Shown here: piece after piece, positions 30,125 through 40,262 of the stretch
How positions within the stretch are numbered: the stretch's first letter is position 1
How the letters are laid out: each line of letters begins with the position of its first letter
Program-made: the position numbers and the translations under genes
Source: an uncultured Methanospirillum sp.
Lineage (GTDB): Archaea; Halobacteriota; Methanomicrobia; Methanomicrobiales; Methanospirillaceae
Reading direction: 5' to 3'
NCBI GenBank assembly: GCA_964637135.1
Contig: CAZWTX010000017.1
Coordinates: forward strand, 1-48,658
Length of the DNA: 48,658 bases
The notes under the pieces: model-generated
Databases searched by the model: none
Told to the model about the DNA's origin: nothing
Seen by the model: only the letters and a program-made list of their open reading frames with translations

Positions 30125-31022
30125 CGGAACGGAGATCATCCCGGCCGGGTTTCTGGTAGTGATTCTCCTTATCCTGCTTATTCCTGTCGTGCAGGCCGAT
30201 TCCTCCACGAAACCGTCCGGCATGATCCTTGTCAGCTGGGAAGGAACCGGGTATTCTGATCTCACAGATCTCCTTTCAGACGGAGAACTCCCGGCACTCT
30301 CACGGGTATTGTCCACCGGATCCCTCGTCACCATCTCGGTCACCGATCACCAGACTGATCCCCTTTCCGGACATTCGGAGATGGTTACCGGGTATGCCCC
30401 GGAGACAACCGGGGTGTATACAAGCTTCAGGCACAATCTGATTCCTGCCGGATACTCCGTCCAGGAGCGGGTGAAAGATGCACTCGGGAACAGTTCTATC
30501 GATACCGCTATTTTTGCCGGGAGGGAGCGAAGTCTTGGAACTCTGCCCGGGCTGCCACTGTATAATGCCGCCAGGGCTGCTGATTACTACCTTGCACGGG
30601 ATGATGACGCCGACATGATGGCCTCAGCAGCGGCAGAGGCACTCTTCCAGATCGCAGACAATGAACGGTTCTTCTTTTTCCTTCAGTTCAGGGATGCCGG
30701 ATTCTCCGGAATCCAGGACGGTGCGAACCGCTCCACGTTCAGGGACGCTATCAGGGGGGATGATGCAGCATTACTCTCCCTTCTTGATACACTTGATACC
30801 CTGGATCTCTCTGGAAGCACTCTGATACTCGTTACTTCAGTAAACGGGTTCTCCCTTGACCGGCGAACGAAGGATGATCAGGGCAGGGTATGGCTGGCAT
30901 GCAGCGAGCCGTTATCTGCAACTTCTGGAGACCAGAAAGATATCGCTCCAACCATCCTTGACCTGTTCGGTATTGACTACCGGCAGTTCAGCCCCCCGTA
31001 CCCGGGGATCTCCCTTGTATGA
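30117..31022 (+). CDS. Secreted alkaline-phosphatase-superfamily protein, apparently catalytically degenerate
   Basis: Signal peptide; scaffold ILVSWEG..., [31 protein letters not shown]; metal ligands substituted. Confidence 0.7.
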   Translation: MTDGTEIIPAGFLVVILLILLIPVVQADSSTKPSGMILVSWEGTGYSDLTDLLSDGELPALSRVLSTGSLVTISVTDHQTDPLSGHSEMVTGYAPETTGVYTSFRHNLIPAGYSVQERVKDALGNSSIDTAIFAGRERSLGTLPGLPLYNAARAADYYLARDDDADMMASAAAEALFQIADNERFFFFLQFRDAGFSGIQDGANRSTFRDAIRGDDAALLSLLDTLDTLDLSGSTLILVTSVNGFSLDRRTKDDQGRVWLACSEPLSATSGDQKDIAPTILDLFGIDYRQFSPPYPGISLV

Positions 31023-31060
31023 TGTACTAGTTAAAGGCCGGTCCGCCAGGTGCCGGCCGG

Positions 31061-31516
31061 TTATTTTTCTGATGGCAGGGGAGGCTGATTCGTATTTCTC
31101 CAGTAATTGATGAGATCGCGGATCGTCTCGGCAAATTTCTCAAACTGGACCGGTTTTACCACGTAACTGTTTGCGCCCAGTTCATAGCTCTGAATAACAT
31201 CACAGTCCTGGCTTGACGAAGTGAAGATCACCACCGGGATTCGAAGGGTACGCTCATCAGACCTGATCTTCCTGAGTACCTCACTTCCGTCAAGAAATGG
31301 CATCTTGAGGTCAAGAAACACGACAACCGGGAGGGTGGGAGGGTGATCCTGGTAATCACCCATCGCAAGCAGATACTCTAGTGCTTCCCGGCCATCCGGA
31401 AAAACACGGACGGTGTCACCCATGTCAATCCAGTCAACAACATTGAGAAAGAGTTCAATGTCATTCTGGTTATCTTCGATTAGGACCAGTTCGAGTCCCT
31501 GTTTCTTCTTTCGCAT
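31061..31516 (-). CDS. Stand-alone response regulator receiver (Rcp1-like)
   Basis: IEDN..D, LDLKMP.LDG, IFTSS, SYELGANSYVVKP. Confidence 0.92.
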   Translation of the reverse strand: MRKKKQGLELVLIEDNQNDIELFLNVVDWIDMGDTVRVFPDGREALEYLLAMGDYQDHPPTLPVVVFLDLKMPFLDGSEVLRKIRSDERTLRIPVVIFTSSSQDCDVIQSYELGANSYVVKPVQFEKFAETIRDLINYWRNTNQPPLPSEK

Positions 31517-31641
31517 TGAGACCCCCGTTCAGGTGCTCTGACCTCCCTGTGAGCCGGATGATATCCGAATTATTTGACCGGTTCACTGAACTATTGAAAG
31601 AGGGGCCCTCATCCCCCTCGTGACAACTGCCAGAGCATCAA

Positions 31642-31653
31642 GTAGTATACTAC
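31642..31653. promoter_or_regulatory. Perfect 12-bp palindrome GTAGTATACTAC, candidate operator
   Basis: Self-complementary AT-rich sequence in the divergent intergenic region between the receiver and wHTH-PAS genes. Confidence 0.3.
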
Positions 31654-31879
31654 ATGAAACTTATCAAATGTATCTCCGTCCACGGCACCTGTATGGGATT
31701 GAAAGTACAGCCGGATATTAAGCGGTTGAAAAAACGGACTGACATTTGAATGAACCACCAGATTCACACCTCTCGGCGGGATCAGTATCCTGCATAAACT
31801 GCCATGCGTCAGTGCATGGCAGAACTGAAGAGAGAATGCTTATGATGTCACCAGTGAAGGATTCCCGTTACCCTCGGAA

Positions 31880-32071
31880 ATGATGCCGATGACAACCATA
31901 TCAACAGACACCACTGAGTCTCAGAACCAGGGAAACCGTGCAGTTATTACCCTCCTCCAGCCCTACATCACCGGGATTGCCGGACAGTCCGGTGCAGGGG
32001 AGGATGTCCCGTCCGTCGCTCTCGAACTCTATGACCGGGTCAGGATGAAAAAAAATCCCGTGGATTTGTGA
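31880..32071 (+). CDS. Possible small hypothetical protein
   Basis: 63-aa ORF in an otherwise empty interval; no motif recognised. Confidence 0.35.
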   Translation: MMPMTTISTDTTESQNQGNRAVITLLQPYITGIAGQSGAGEDVPSVALELYDRVRMKKNPVDL

Positions 32072-32191
32072 TCGTCTGCAGATCCCGCCGGCCGGATGGG
32101 AGACACCCGATTCTCCCATGACGGTAAAAACCTTACGAAACAGTTGTTTTGCCGAGCAAATCTTTAATGGTGCAGAGCGGGATGGGGTAGT

Positions 32192-34315
32192 ATGAGCACG
32201 GAGAAGGATCAGTCCGACCGGATCCGCTCCCTTCTGAAATTTCATCCACGGGGCCTGACGATATCAGATATTTCCCAGCGATTGAAGATAAACCGTAACT
32301 CAGTCTCAAAATACCTCGAGATCCTCCAGGTATCAGGATCTGTAGAGATGCGGGCACTCGGGGCTGCGAAAGTCTATTATCTCTCACAACGCATCCCGCT
32401 TGCAACCATTCTCGGGTTTACCAAGGAGGGGATCCTGGTGCTCAATGCAGAAGGACGGATCATCCAGGTGAACGAACGATTCTGCGCCATGTTCAACCTG
32501 AACCAGAACGATATACTCTCCGGAACGCTCCTGGATCTCCCTCCTTTTTTCAGCCGGATCCTCAATCACGGTCACCATGCCGAAACGAATGGTGATCGGT
32601 CAGAACAAACCCGGATCTTCAGAATCGAACAGTATGACTGGACCCAGTTCTTCAAGATCCGCATCCTGAACACGATCTTTGATACCGGGGAGACCGGGAG
32701 AACGATCATCATCGAAGATATCACCCTTGAGAAGGAGATGGAGGAGCAGCTCCATCTCAACGAGGCACGGTACAGGGGGATCGTTGAGGACCAGTCTGAA
32801 CTGATCTGCCGGTTCACCCCGAACGGACGGATCACGTTTGCCAATGATGCCTTCTGCAGGACAGTCTCCCTCTCAAAAATTCAGATTGGTACCGCCTTTA
32901 TCTTCGATTTCCTTTCAGAGCAGTCGGCAGAATTGTTGAAGAAAAGCATGGCAGGGATATCTCACGGATCAGAGGTATGGGACATGGAACACGAGATTCC
33001 GATTCCATCCGGTGATACCTCCTGGCATCACTGGATTTACCGGGGGATATTCGGTGAAGACGGGAAAGCAGTCGAATTCCAGGGCGTCGGCCATGACATC
33101 ACCGATCGGAAGAAGGCGGAGCTTGAACTCTTTATAAAAAGTTGCGCGATTGACTCCTCACTGATGCCGATTGGAATGACATCACTTGAAGGCATCATCA
33201 CCTATGTCAATCCGGCCTTTCTCCGGATGTGGGGCTATGACGATCCCCACGAGGTGATCGGACTTCCCCTTGAACATTTTGCGCATGGTAACCTGGACGC
33301 GCTTGCCGAGTTTTACAAGGTAAAAACGGCGGTTATCACGGGAGAAGAGGGGTATTCAGGGGAGATCCGCAGTACCCGCCGGGATGGAACCGATGTTGCC
33401 GTTCTTCTGACGGTGTCAGTCGTCAGGAATGAGGCAAAAACACCCCTCTGTCTCATCGGGTACTACAACGACATCACGGAAAAGAACAGGATGCTCCAGG
33501 AGGTCAGGATCCGGGATACCGCGATCACCGGTTCTCATGAGGGGATTGCCCTCATCGACAGGAATTCCCGGTTCAGGTATGCAAATCCGGCATTTTACCG
33601 GGTTTTCAATCGTGTGAAGGATGATATCAGGGTTGGATCACCCGCTGTCCGGTTGTTTGAAAAGTATCCCCTGCTTGAAGACCAGTACTCCATCATAGAG
33701 CGTGAGATCGCTGAACGAGGGAACTGGACTGGCATCATCACCGATACCTCAGAGGCCGGAAGGGCTGAGATCATCCAGCTTCATATGTCATCAGTTCCCG
33801 GCCAGAACACCGGTGATCCGTGCACCATCATCAGCGCGATAGATATCACCGAACAGCGTATCATGGAGGAATCGCTGGCCCTCACCTACCGCCACCTGGA
33901 GGAGGCGATAGAGCATATGGGTGATCCCACCTTCATCCTTGGGAAGGACGGGAGGATCGTAGCCTGGAATGCAGCCATGGCAACCCTTACCGGCCGGGGA
34001 GGTGACGAGATGATCGGGACCCGTGATTACCGGGCTGCATTTCAGGATCTCAAGGACGAAATACCGCTTCTGGCAGATCTTATCGCGCTACCGGTCAAGG
34101 ATCTCATCAGGGGATATCCGGAGATATCCCGTATCGGTGATGGCCTGTTTGCGGAAGCTTTCATCCCGTCCCTGCACAACGGGACCGGTGCCCTGATCTG
34201 GGCAAAGGCATCACCGGTGAAAGACCGGTCAGGCAGAACCATCGGGGTGATCCAGACCTTCAAGGATATGACAAACTGGAAGAAAGCTGCAGATATCACC
34301 GGGAGATCGGCATAA
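32192..34315 (+). CDS. wHTH-PAS x5 one-component regulator (no kinase domain)
   Basis: N-terminal GLTISDIS..L.INRNSVSKYL..L; five PAS/PAC units ending DIT, DIT, DIT, DIT, DMT. Confidence 0.88.
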   Translation: MSTEKDQSDRIRSLLKFHPRGLTISDISQRLKINRNSVSKYLEILQVSGSVEMRALGAAKVYYLSQRIPLATILGFTKEGILVLNAEGRIIQVNERFCAMFNLNQNDILSGTLLDLPPFFSRILNHGHHAETNGDRSEQTRIFRIEQYDWTQFFKIRILNTIFDTGETGRTIIIEDITLEKEMEEQLHLNEARYRGIVEDQSELICRFTPNGRITFANDAFCRTVSLSKIQIGTAFIFDFLSEQSAELLKKSMAGISHGSEVWDMEHEIPIPSGDTSWHHWIYRGIFGEDGKAVEFQGVGHDITDRKKAELELFIKSCAIDSSLMPIGMTSLEGIITYVNPAFLRMWGYDDPHEVIGLPLEHFAHGNLDALAEFYKVKTAVITGEEGYSGEIRSTRRDGTDVAVLLTVSVVRNEAKTPLCLIGYYNDITEKNRMLQEVRIRDTAITGSHEGIALIDRNSRFRYANPAFYRVFNRVKDDIRVGSPAVRLFEKYPLLEDQYSIIEREIAERGNWTGIITDTSEAGRAEIIQLHMSSVPGQNTGDPCTIISAIDITEQRIMEESLALTYRHLEEAIEHMGDPTFILGKDGRIVAWNAAMATLTGRGGDEMIGTRDYRAAFQDLKDEIPLLADLIALPVKDLIRGYPEISRIGDGLFAEAFIPSLHNGTGALIWAKASPVKDRSGRTIGVIQTFKDMTNWKKAADITGRSA

Positions 34316-34346
34316 CCTGATGTAGTGACGAAAAACCGGGCGTGTA

Positions 34347-35312
34347 TCACCCGGATAACAGCCGCATCAGCGAGGTTATGCCATCATTCACCCGGTTTTT
34401 CCGCCCGATGATCTCATAGAGCGGGGTGAAGACCACCTCATTTCGTATCTCACCGGCCATCATCCCTGATACCCCGTTATACAGGGCATGAACCGCAGAC
34501 ACCCCGAGTTTGGCAGCAAGGATCCGATCGCGGGCCGTCGGACTTCCTCCCCGCTGGGTATGCCCAAGAACGCATACCTTCGCTTCAATATCAAGTTCAG
34601 ACGATACTTCCTCGGCAATCCTGAAACTACGACCCGGCCGGGCACCTTCTGCCACAACCACAATTGCATGGTGTTTTCCTTCCCTGAATGCCGTTCCGAG
34701 GAACCGGATCAGGGAGGCCGGGTCATCCTCCTCAGGCAGCAGAATCGACTCGGCACCGCCGGCTATCCCGCTCTCGGTTGCAATGAATGCCGATGCGTGG
34801 CCCATCACCTCCACGAAGAAGAGCCTCCCGTGTGATATGGCAGTATCGCGGATCCGGTCAATGGATTCAAGTGCCACATTGACGGCAGTATCAAATCCAA
34901 TAGAAAAATCAGTCCCGTAAATATCGTTATCGATGGTTCCGGGAATGCCGATCACGGGAATACCGGTCTCCTGGTAGAAGAGCGTTCCTCCACGGAACGT
35001 GCCATCCCCGCCGATCAGGATCAGCCCTTCGAGTCCGGCTTTCTGAACGATATCAGCTGCTTCTGCCCGTCCTTCAGGAACCTTGAATCGTTCTGACCGG
35101 CTGGTCTCAAGGATTGTGCCTCCGAGGTGAATGATATTGACAACATCAGACCGGCTGATCGGTTGTACCTCTCCGGCAATGAGACCTGCATAACCTTTTC
35201 TGACCCCGATCAGATCAAGGCCAAGGGAGGCAGACGCCCGGTGTATTGCCCTGATGCATGCATTCATTCCCGGTGCATCCCCCCCGGATGTCAATACGCC
35301 GATTCGCTTCAT
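34347..35312 (-). CDS. pfkA: ATP-dependent 6-phosphofructokinase (bacterial PfkA type)
   Basis: IGVLTSGGDAPGMN, GGTIL.TSR, IGGDGT, PGTIDND, VEVMG, LGHTQRGGSP...DR. Confidence 0.93.
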   Translation of the reverse strand: MKRIGVLTSGGDAPGMNACIRAIHRASASLGLDLIGVRKGYAGLIAGEVQPISRSDVVNIIHLGGTILETSRSERFKVPEGRAEAADIVQKAGLEGLILIGGDGTFRGGTLFYQETGIPVIGIPGTIDNDIYGTDFSIGFDTAVNVALESIDRIRDTAISHGRLFFVEVMGHASAFIATESGIAGGAESILLPEEDDPASLIRFLGTAFREGKHHAIVVVAEGARPGRSFRIAEEVSSELDIEAKVCVLGHTQRGGSPTARDRILAAKLGVSAVHALYNGVSGMMAGEIRNEVVFTPLYEIIGRKNRVNDGITSLMRLLSG

Positions 35313-35754
35313 AATAACCACCCTGCAGGACCGGCACCATACGCTGTTAGACCGGGAGGCCGGAACCGGAAAATCCGCACTGTTCTGCCCGGAAAACCCG
35401 CAATGCAGGTATCCTCCCCGTGGCGCATGGACATGATACGATAAATGGATCAACTGGTAGATATTCCCTGCGCTCTTCGCAGGATGAACGGATCATCCTC
35501 CTGCCGGACAGTCCTGAACGAGATCCCCGGGAAAACCACTTTTTCTGCCAGACACGAAACATGGCACCGCTTTCTCCAACAGTAACGGCCAGGTCGCCGG
35601 GTTCACATACCCGAAGATCACGGACAGTTCTGCGCGGACAGAGGGGGTACCGGAAGAACCACCATCACAGCAGGAAACGGGATCCGGAGAGGTCCATATT
35701 GCCTCAAACCTGATATCATGAGGAGGGATACATACACAACAGATACTGCCTGGC

Positions 35755-36510
35755 ATGGCTGATGGTATGGAGATTCGAACAATAGTAGTGAACCTGTTTA
35801 CTACCGGACTCCTCCTTGCATGTTGCGTAACCTGCATGGGAGCAGACCTGAAACAGGCTGAAGATTCAGATCCGATAATCATTATCCCTGAATCGGAGTC
35901 GATCGAGATAGGAGAGGAGATCGTCCTTACCGGACAGATCGATCCGATGATGATCAGCAACTCCCCGTCAAGCGTGGTGATACTGATCACTGCTCCGGAA
36001 GGAAGCCGGGCAGAGACATTCGTTCTTGAAACCCCGGATTCAAAAGGGCGGTTCAAGTCGGTTCATGTCGCCGATGTCGGGGGGGATTGGGGATTTGAAT
36101 CATTGTACAACGGCCTTTACAGTGACAAGATCGAGGTCGTCGCGGTTCCCTCCGCAACACCGACACGGACCAGCCTGACCCTGTCAGGATGGCCGCTGTA
36201 CCCGAAGGTAGGGGAATCGGTTTCATTCAGGGGAAGGCTAACCGATGCAACCGGAAAAGGGATCCCGCACCGCGAACTGATTTACGAAGTCTCGGTGGTA
36301 CCGGGCGGGTGCCTCGGGGGGTGCGGCCTTGAGGATATGAATGAATGGGAACCCTTCGGAGAAGTATCAACAGATAAGAAAGGGGAGTTTGATTTCTCCC
36401 TTCCGGTTGCCGTTCAGGGATGGGTTGATATCAGGATGATGTTCAGCGGGGATGACCAGTACAGTCCTGCACACAGTAAGACCCTCCATATCAAGGCCTC
36501 GTCTTCATAA
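35755..36510 (+). CDS. Secreted hypothetical protein, probably two Ig-like beta domains
   Basis: Signal-like N-terminus; TSLTL...VGESV.F.GRL.DA.GKG...TD..GEF...F.GD..Y pattern. Confidence 0.7.
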   Translation: MADGMEIRTIVVNLFTTGLLLACCVTCMGADLKQAEDSDPIIIIPESESIEIGEEIVLTGQIDPMMISNSPSSVVILITAPEGSRAETFVLETPDSKGRFKSVHVADVGGDWGFESLYNGLYSDKIEVVAVPSATPTRTSLTLSGWPLYPKVGESVSFRGRLTDATGKGIPHRELIYEVSVVPGGCLGGCGLEDMNEWEPFGEVSTDKKGEFDFSLPVAVQGWVDIRMMFSGDDQYSPAHSKTLHIKASSS

Positions 36511-36577
36511 GATCGGTCATACAAACAGAGGTCAGGAATCCCGGTCTGTCCGGGCAGTCTGACGACTTCCGTTTTTT

Positions 36578-39343
36578 TTAAAGAGCAGTATCAGGGATAT
36601 ACCGCTCAGGGTTTGCCTCAAAAGCCGCCTTGCAGCTGGCATTACAGAAGTAATACCGGGTACCCTCATACATACTCATGAAGCGGGCAGATCTGACATC
36701 AACACTCATCCCGCAGACCGGATCTACGGCATGCACCGGAATCGGGTTGTCGAGGTACCGCTCAGGGTTTGCTTCGAAAGCCGCCATGCAACCGGCATTA
36801 CAGAAGTAATACCGGGTGCCCCCGTGCATACTCACGAAACGGGCAGATCTGACATCAACGCTCATCCCGCAGACCGGATCGGTCTCCGTCCTGGCAGGCA
36901 GTACGGTCTCTTCAGGAAAAGGAGCAGGATCCGTATGGATTCGTGCCGGAGGAGTGTAATACTTCAGGAGGAGGGAGAGAGAAACAACCGTTACCGAGGA
37001 GAGGGCCATGGCACATGCCCCGTACTCGGGCTGGAAGAGGAAACGGGGATAAAAAAAACCGGCAGCAAGGGGAATGAGAATTGCATTGTACGCAAAAGCC
37101 CAGAAGAGGTTCATACGAATCCGTCCCATGACCTTACGCGAAAGCTGGAGTGAAGAGACGACATCACGGAGATCGCTGCGAACGAGAACGATATCAGCAC
37201 TTTCAATAGCAACATCGGTGCCTGATCCGATAGCAATCCCGGTTTCTGCCCGGGCAAGTGCAGGGGCATCGTTTATGCCATCACCCACAAAGCCGACCTT
37301 CTCTCCCCCTGACTGGAGCCTGCCGACCTCCCGTTCCTTCTCATCGGGTAAAACACCGGCAATGACCCGTTCAATCCCGACCATACCAGCGACCGCGTCT
37401 GCTGTCCGCTGGTTATCACCAGTGACCATAATGCTCCCGATTCCCATATCTGCGAGCATCCGGACCACTGCCGGGGCTTCCGGCTTGATGGTGTCCGCGA
37501 TTGCAATCTGGCCAAGAAGCTGATCATCACGGCTGACCAGGACCGTGGTCTTTCCTTCCGCCTGACGCCGGACGATCTTCTCCTCGTCGGTAACAGATAT
37601 CAGGACTCCGCTCATCTCAAGGAACGAACGACTCCCAACCAGGATCCTCCCGCCGGCAATCGTACCGGAGAGACCCTTACCTGGAAGGTAGACGAAATCC
37701 CCGGCCTCAGATGGAACCGCTCCGGCCAGCCTTGTACGGTCAAGAATCGCACCGGCAAGCGGGTGCGTGGAGAGAGCCTCAAGACCGGCAGCGAGGGAGA
37801 GAAGAACCGGTTCCGTGCCATGGAACACATCCACATCAGTCACCTGCGGCTGACCTGCGGTCAGGGTCCCGGTCTTGTCAAAAAGAATGCTGGTGAGCGA
37901 ATTTGACGCTTCCAGGGCCGCCCCGTTCCGGATGAGAATACCCAACTCTGCCCCCTTGCCGATTCCTACCGTCAGGGCTGTCGGGGTGGCAAGCCCAAGT
38001 GCACAGGGACAGGCAACAACAAGAACGGCAATGAACGTCTGAAGGGCAAAGGATGCCCCGGCACCGAGATACATCCAGATCAGAAAACTGAGGACAGCAA
38101 TGCCAAGCACCACCGGGATAAACCAGGCGACGGCAACGTCTGCGATCCGCTGAACCGGAGGTTTCGTTCCCTGGGCCTCATCCACCAGCCTGATGATCCG
38201 TGCGAGCATCGTATCGGCGCCGACCCGTTCTGCTGAGAATTCAAAAGAACCGGTGGTAACGATGGTTCCCCCGATCACCCCGTCACCCGGGCCTTTCTCA
38301 ACCGGGAGGGGTTCTCCGGTCACCATTGATTCGTCAACGAAACTCGAACCGTTCAGCAGCCTGCCATCCACCGGGATCCGGTCGCCCGGCCGCACGAGAA
38401 TACGATCTCCGATTGCGACCTCTTCAACCGGTATTACAACCTCTTTTTCATCCCGCAATACCGATGCCGTCTCTGCCCGGAGGCTGATGAGGCTTCGGAT
38501 GGCATCGCCGGTTCTTCCCTTTGCCCGTGCCTCGAGGTATCTGCCGAGGACGAGGAAAGACGTCAGCATGACGGCCGTATCAAAAAAGAGCGAGTTCATG
38601 TCAAGGACGACATGGAACGTCGCAAGTACGCTCGCGAGGTATGCAACCGAGATACCCATCGCATACATCACGTCCATGTTCAGGACATGGTTCCGGAGTG
38701 ATACGAAAGCAACGGATATTATCGGTCTCGCAAGCCAGAATAGCACAGAGGTGGCGATAAGGAACTGGATATAGGCCATCAGGTGCATGTCAGCCTGGGG
38801 AATGAACATCAGTCCCATCAGGACGCCGGATATGAGAAAACCGACCACAATTCTCCGTAATTTCTCAGCGAGGTCTTTCCTGACCGCATCGTCCCGGGTA
38901 TCTGATCCATCCGTGTCTGTACCAAGGAAACGGAACCCGGCTCCAGCCACCGCATCACGCATATCCTGCAGCGATACAACTGACGGGTAATAGAGTACAT
39001 ATGCCTGTTCGTTCCCAAGGTTGACATGTGCCGATATCACTCCCCTGACCGAGGAGAGCGCCTTTTCAACCGATGCCACGCACGATGCACAATGCATTCC
39101 GCCGATACGAAGGACCGCACGTTCTGTTTCGACGGTAAACCCGCTCCTTCCGATGGCCCCTGCAACTGATGTGAGATCGGTTGCGTCAGGATCAAAGGTG
39201 ACGGAAACCTTCCCTGAAGCGAGGTTCACGGTTGCATCGCTCACCCCGGGTGATGCCCGGAGTCCTTTCTCAATCGTCACAGCACAGGTCGCACAATGCA
39301 TATCAGATACATTCAGGTCAACCGTCTGCGTCTCTTTCTTCAT
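36578..39343 (-). CDS. copA: Cu(I)-exporting P1B ATPase with 2 HMA and 2 C-terminal YHS/TRASH domains
   Basis: [38 protein letters not shown]; two DPVCGM...YYFC..C units. Confidence 0.93.
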   Translation of the reverse strand: MKKETQTVDLNVSDMHCATCAVTIEKGLRASPGVSDATVNLASGKVSVTFDPDATDLTSVAGAIGRSGFTVETERAVLRIGGMHCASCVASVEKALSSVRGVISAHVNLGNEQAYVLYYPSVVSLQDMRDAVAGAGFRFLGTDTDGSDTRDDAVRKDLAEKLRRIVVGFLISGVLMGLMFIPQADMHLMAYIQFLIATSVLFWLARPIISVAFVSLRNHVLNMDVMYAMGISVAYLASVLATFHVVLDMNSLFFDTAVMLTSFLVLGRYLEARAKGRTGDAIRSLISLRAETASVLRDEKEVVIPVEEVAIGDRILVRPGDRIPVDGRLLNGSSFVDESMVTGEPLPVEKGPGDGVIGGTIVTTGSFEFSAERVGADTMLARIIRLVDEAQGTKPPVQRIADVAVAWFIPVVLGIAVLSFLIWMYLGAGASFALQTFIAVLVVACPCALGLATPTALTVGIGKGAELGILIRNGAALEASNSLTSILFDKTGTLTAGQPQVTDVDVFHGTEPVLLSLAAGLEALSTHPLAGAILDRTRLAGAVPSEAGDFVYLPGKGLSGTIAGGRILVGSRSFLEMSGVLISVTDEEKIVRRQAEGKTTVLVSRDDQLLGQIAIADTIKPEAPAVVRMLADMGIGSIMVTGDNQRTADAVAGMVGIERVIAGVLPDEKEREVGRLQSGGEKVGFVGDGINDAPALARAETGIAIGSGTDVAIESADIVLVRSDLRDVVSSLQLSRKVMGRIRMNLFWAFAYNAILIPLAAGFFYPRFLFQPEYGACAMALSSVTVVSLSLLLKYYTPPARIHTDPAPFPEETVLPARTETDPVCGMSVDVRSARFVSMHGGTRYYFCNAGCMAAFEANPERYLDNPIPVHAVDPVCGMSVDVRSARFMSMYEGTRYYFCNASCKAAFEANPERYIPDTAL
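36601..36880. repeat. Tandem duplication (about 124-nt copies, 156-nt period) encoding the two YHS domains
   Basis: 36601-36724 and 36757-36880 share long identical blocks (accgctcagggtttgc, ggcattacagaagtaataccgggt, cgggcagatctgacatcaac, ctcatcccgcagaccggatc). Confidence 0.9.
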
Positions 39344-39481
39344 ATGGTCCCTCTAAGACCGGCAATAGATCAGATCCGGCCAGGTCTCCCTGCTCGCGGA
39401 TACTGCCGTTGTATAAATCATTGGATGAAATAGGAGAAGTATCTGCGGTTTATTTAAATCGCCACGCCTACCTACCGAGGG

Positions 39482-40255
39482 ATGATCCTCTGTGCAGCCC
39501 AGATGACACCTTCCTGGGGTGACCCGGATACGGCCTTCACCCGGATTCATGAGAACGCAGCCCGGGCAGTGGAATGTGACGCTGCCCTGATCGCCTTTCC
39601 GGAACAGGTTGTAACCGGCTGGGACCCGCATGACGGTGATTCATGGGTCCAGGCGTTGGATGGCGATATCGTCTCACGGTTCCGGGAAACGGCCAGGGAT
39701 CTCTCGATCGGGATCCTTGGTTCGCTCAGGGAACATACCGGTGCCGGCCCGCGGAATACCGCAATTGTCATCGGGCCTTCAGGTAATATCCTGGCAACCT
39801 ATGCAAAAATGCATCTCTTTTCACCAGGTGGAGAGCAGGAGCGATATATACCGGGAGATCGGCCGGCTCTCTTCCAGTTAGAAGGCTGCCGGTGCGGGAT
39901 CGCAATATGTTACGATCTCCGGTTCTCATCCCTCTTCAGGGTATACCGGGATGCCGGAGCAGACCTGATGCTTGTTCCAAGTGCCTGGCCGGCTTCCCGG
40001 ATGAGATTTTTCGAACTCTTCACAACAGCCCGTGCCGTGGAATACCAGTACTACCTTGCCGGCATAAATACCGTGGGAACAACCCCGGTCGATACGTACT
40101 CAGGCGGGAGCAGGATCATCGGCCCGGACGGCACAGTCCTGAACCAGGCCGGCTCTGATGAAGAACTCCTCTTCTGTGATATCCAGCCTGATCAGGTAGA
40201 AGAGGTACGGCGTTCCTTTCCGGTAAAAAGAGATGAACGGGATGATATCCGTTGA
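39482..40255 (+). CDS. Carbon-nitrogen hydrolase (nitrilase superfamily, omega-amidase-like)
   Basis: E-K-C triad: FPE, YAKMHLF, ICYDLRF; ARAVE. Confidence 0.9.
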   Translation: MILCAAQMTPSWGDPDTAFTRIHENAARAVECDAALIAFPEQVVTGWDPHDGDSWVQALDGDIVSRFRETARDLSIGILGSLREHTGAGPRNTAIVIGPSGNILATYAKMHLFSPGGEQERYIPGDRPALFQLEGCRCGIAICYDLRFSSLFRVYRDAGADLMLVPSAWPASRMRFFELFTTARAVEYQYYLAGINTVGTTPVDTYSGGSRIIGPDGTVLNQAGSDEELLFCDIQPDQVEEVRRSFPVKRDERDDIR

Positions 40256-40262
40256 ATCCAGT

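Noticed and set aside
31593..31705. Two ATTGAAAG words resembling CRISPR repeat 3' ends (31593-31600, 31698-31705)
   Set aside because: Upstream bases do not match each other, the 105-nt spacing is too long for a repeat-spacer unit, and there is no third copy
35313..35754. Intergenic region with short ORFs (e.g. 35420-35713)
   Set aside because: No motif, RNA structure or repeat that I can support; N-terminal extension of pfkA to 35453 is also unsupported
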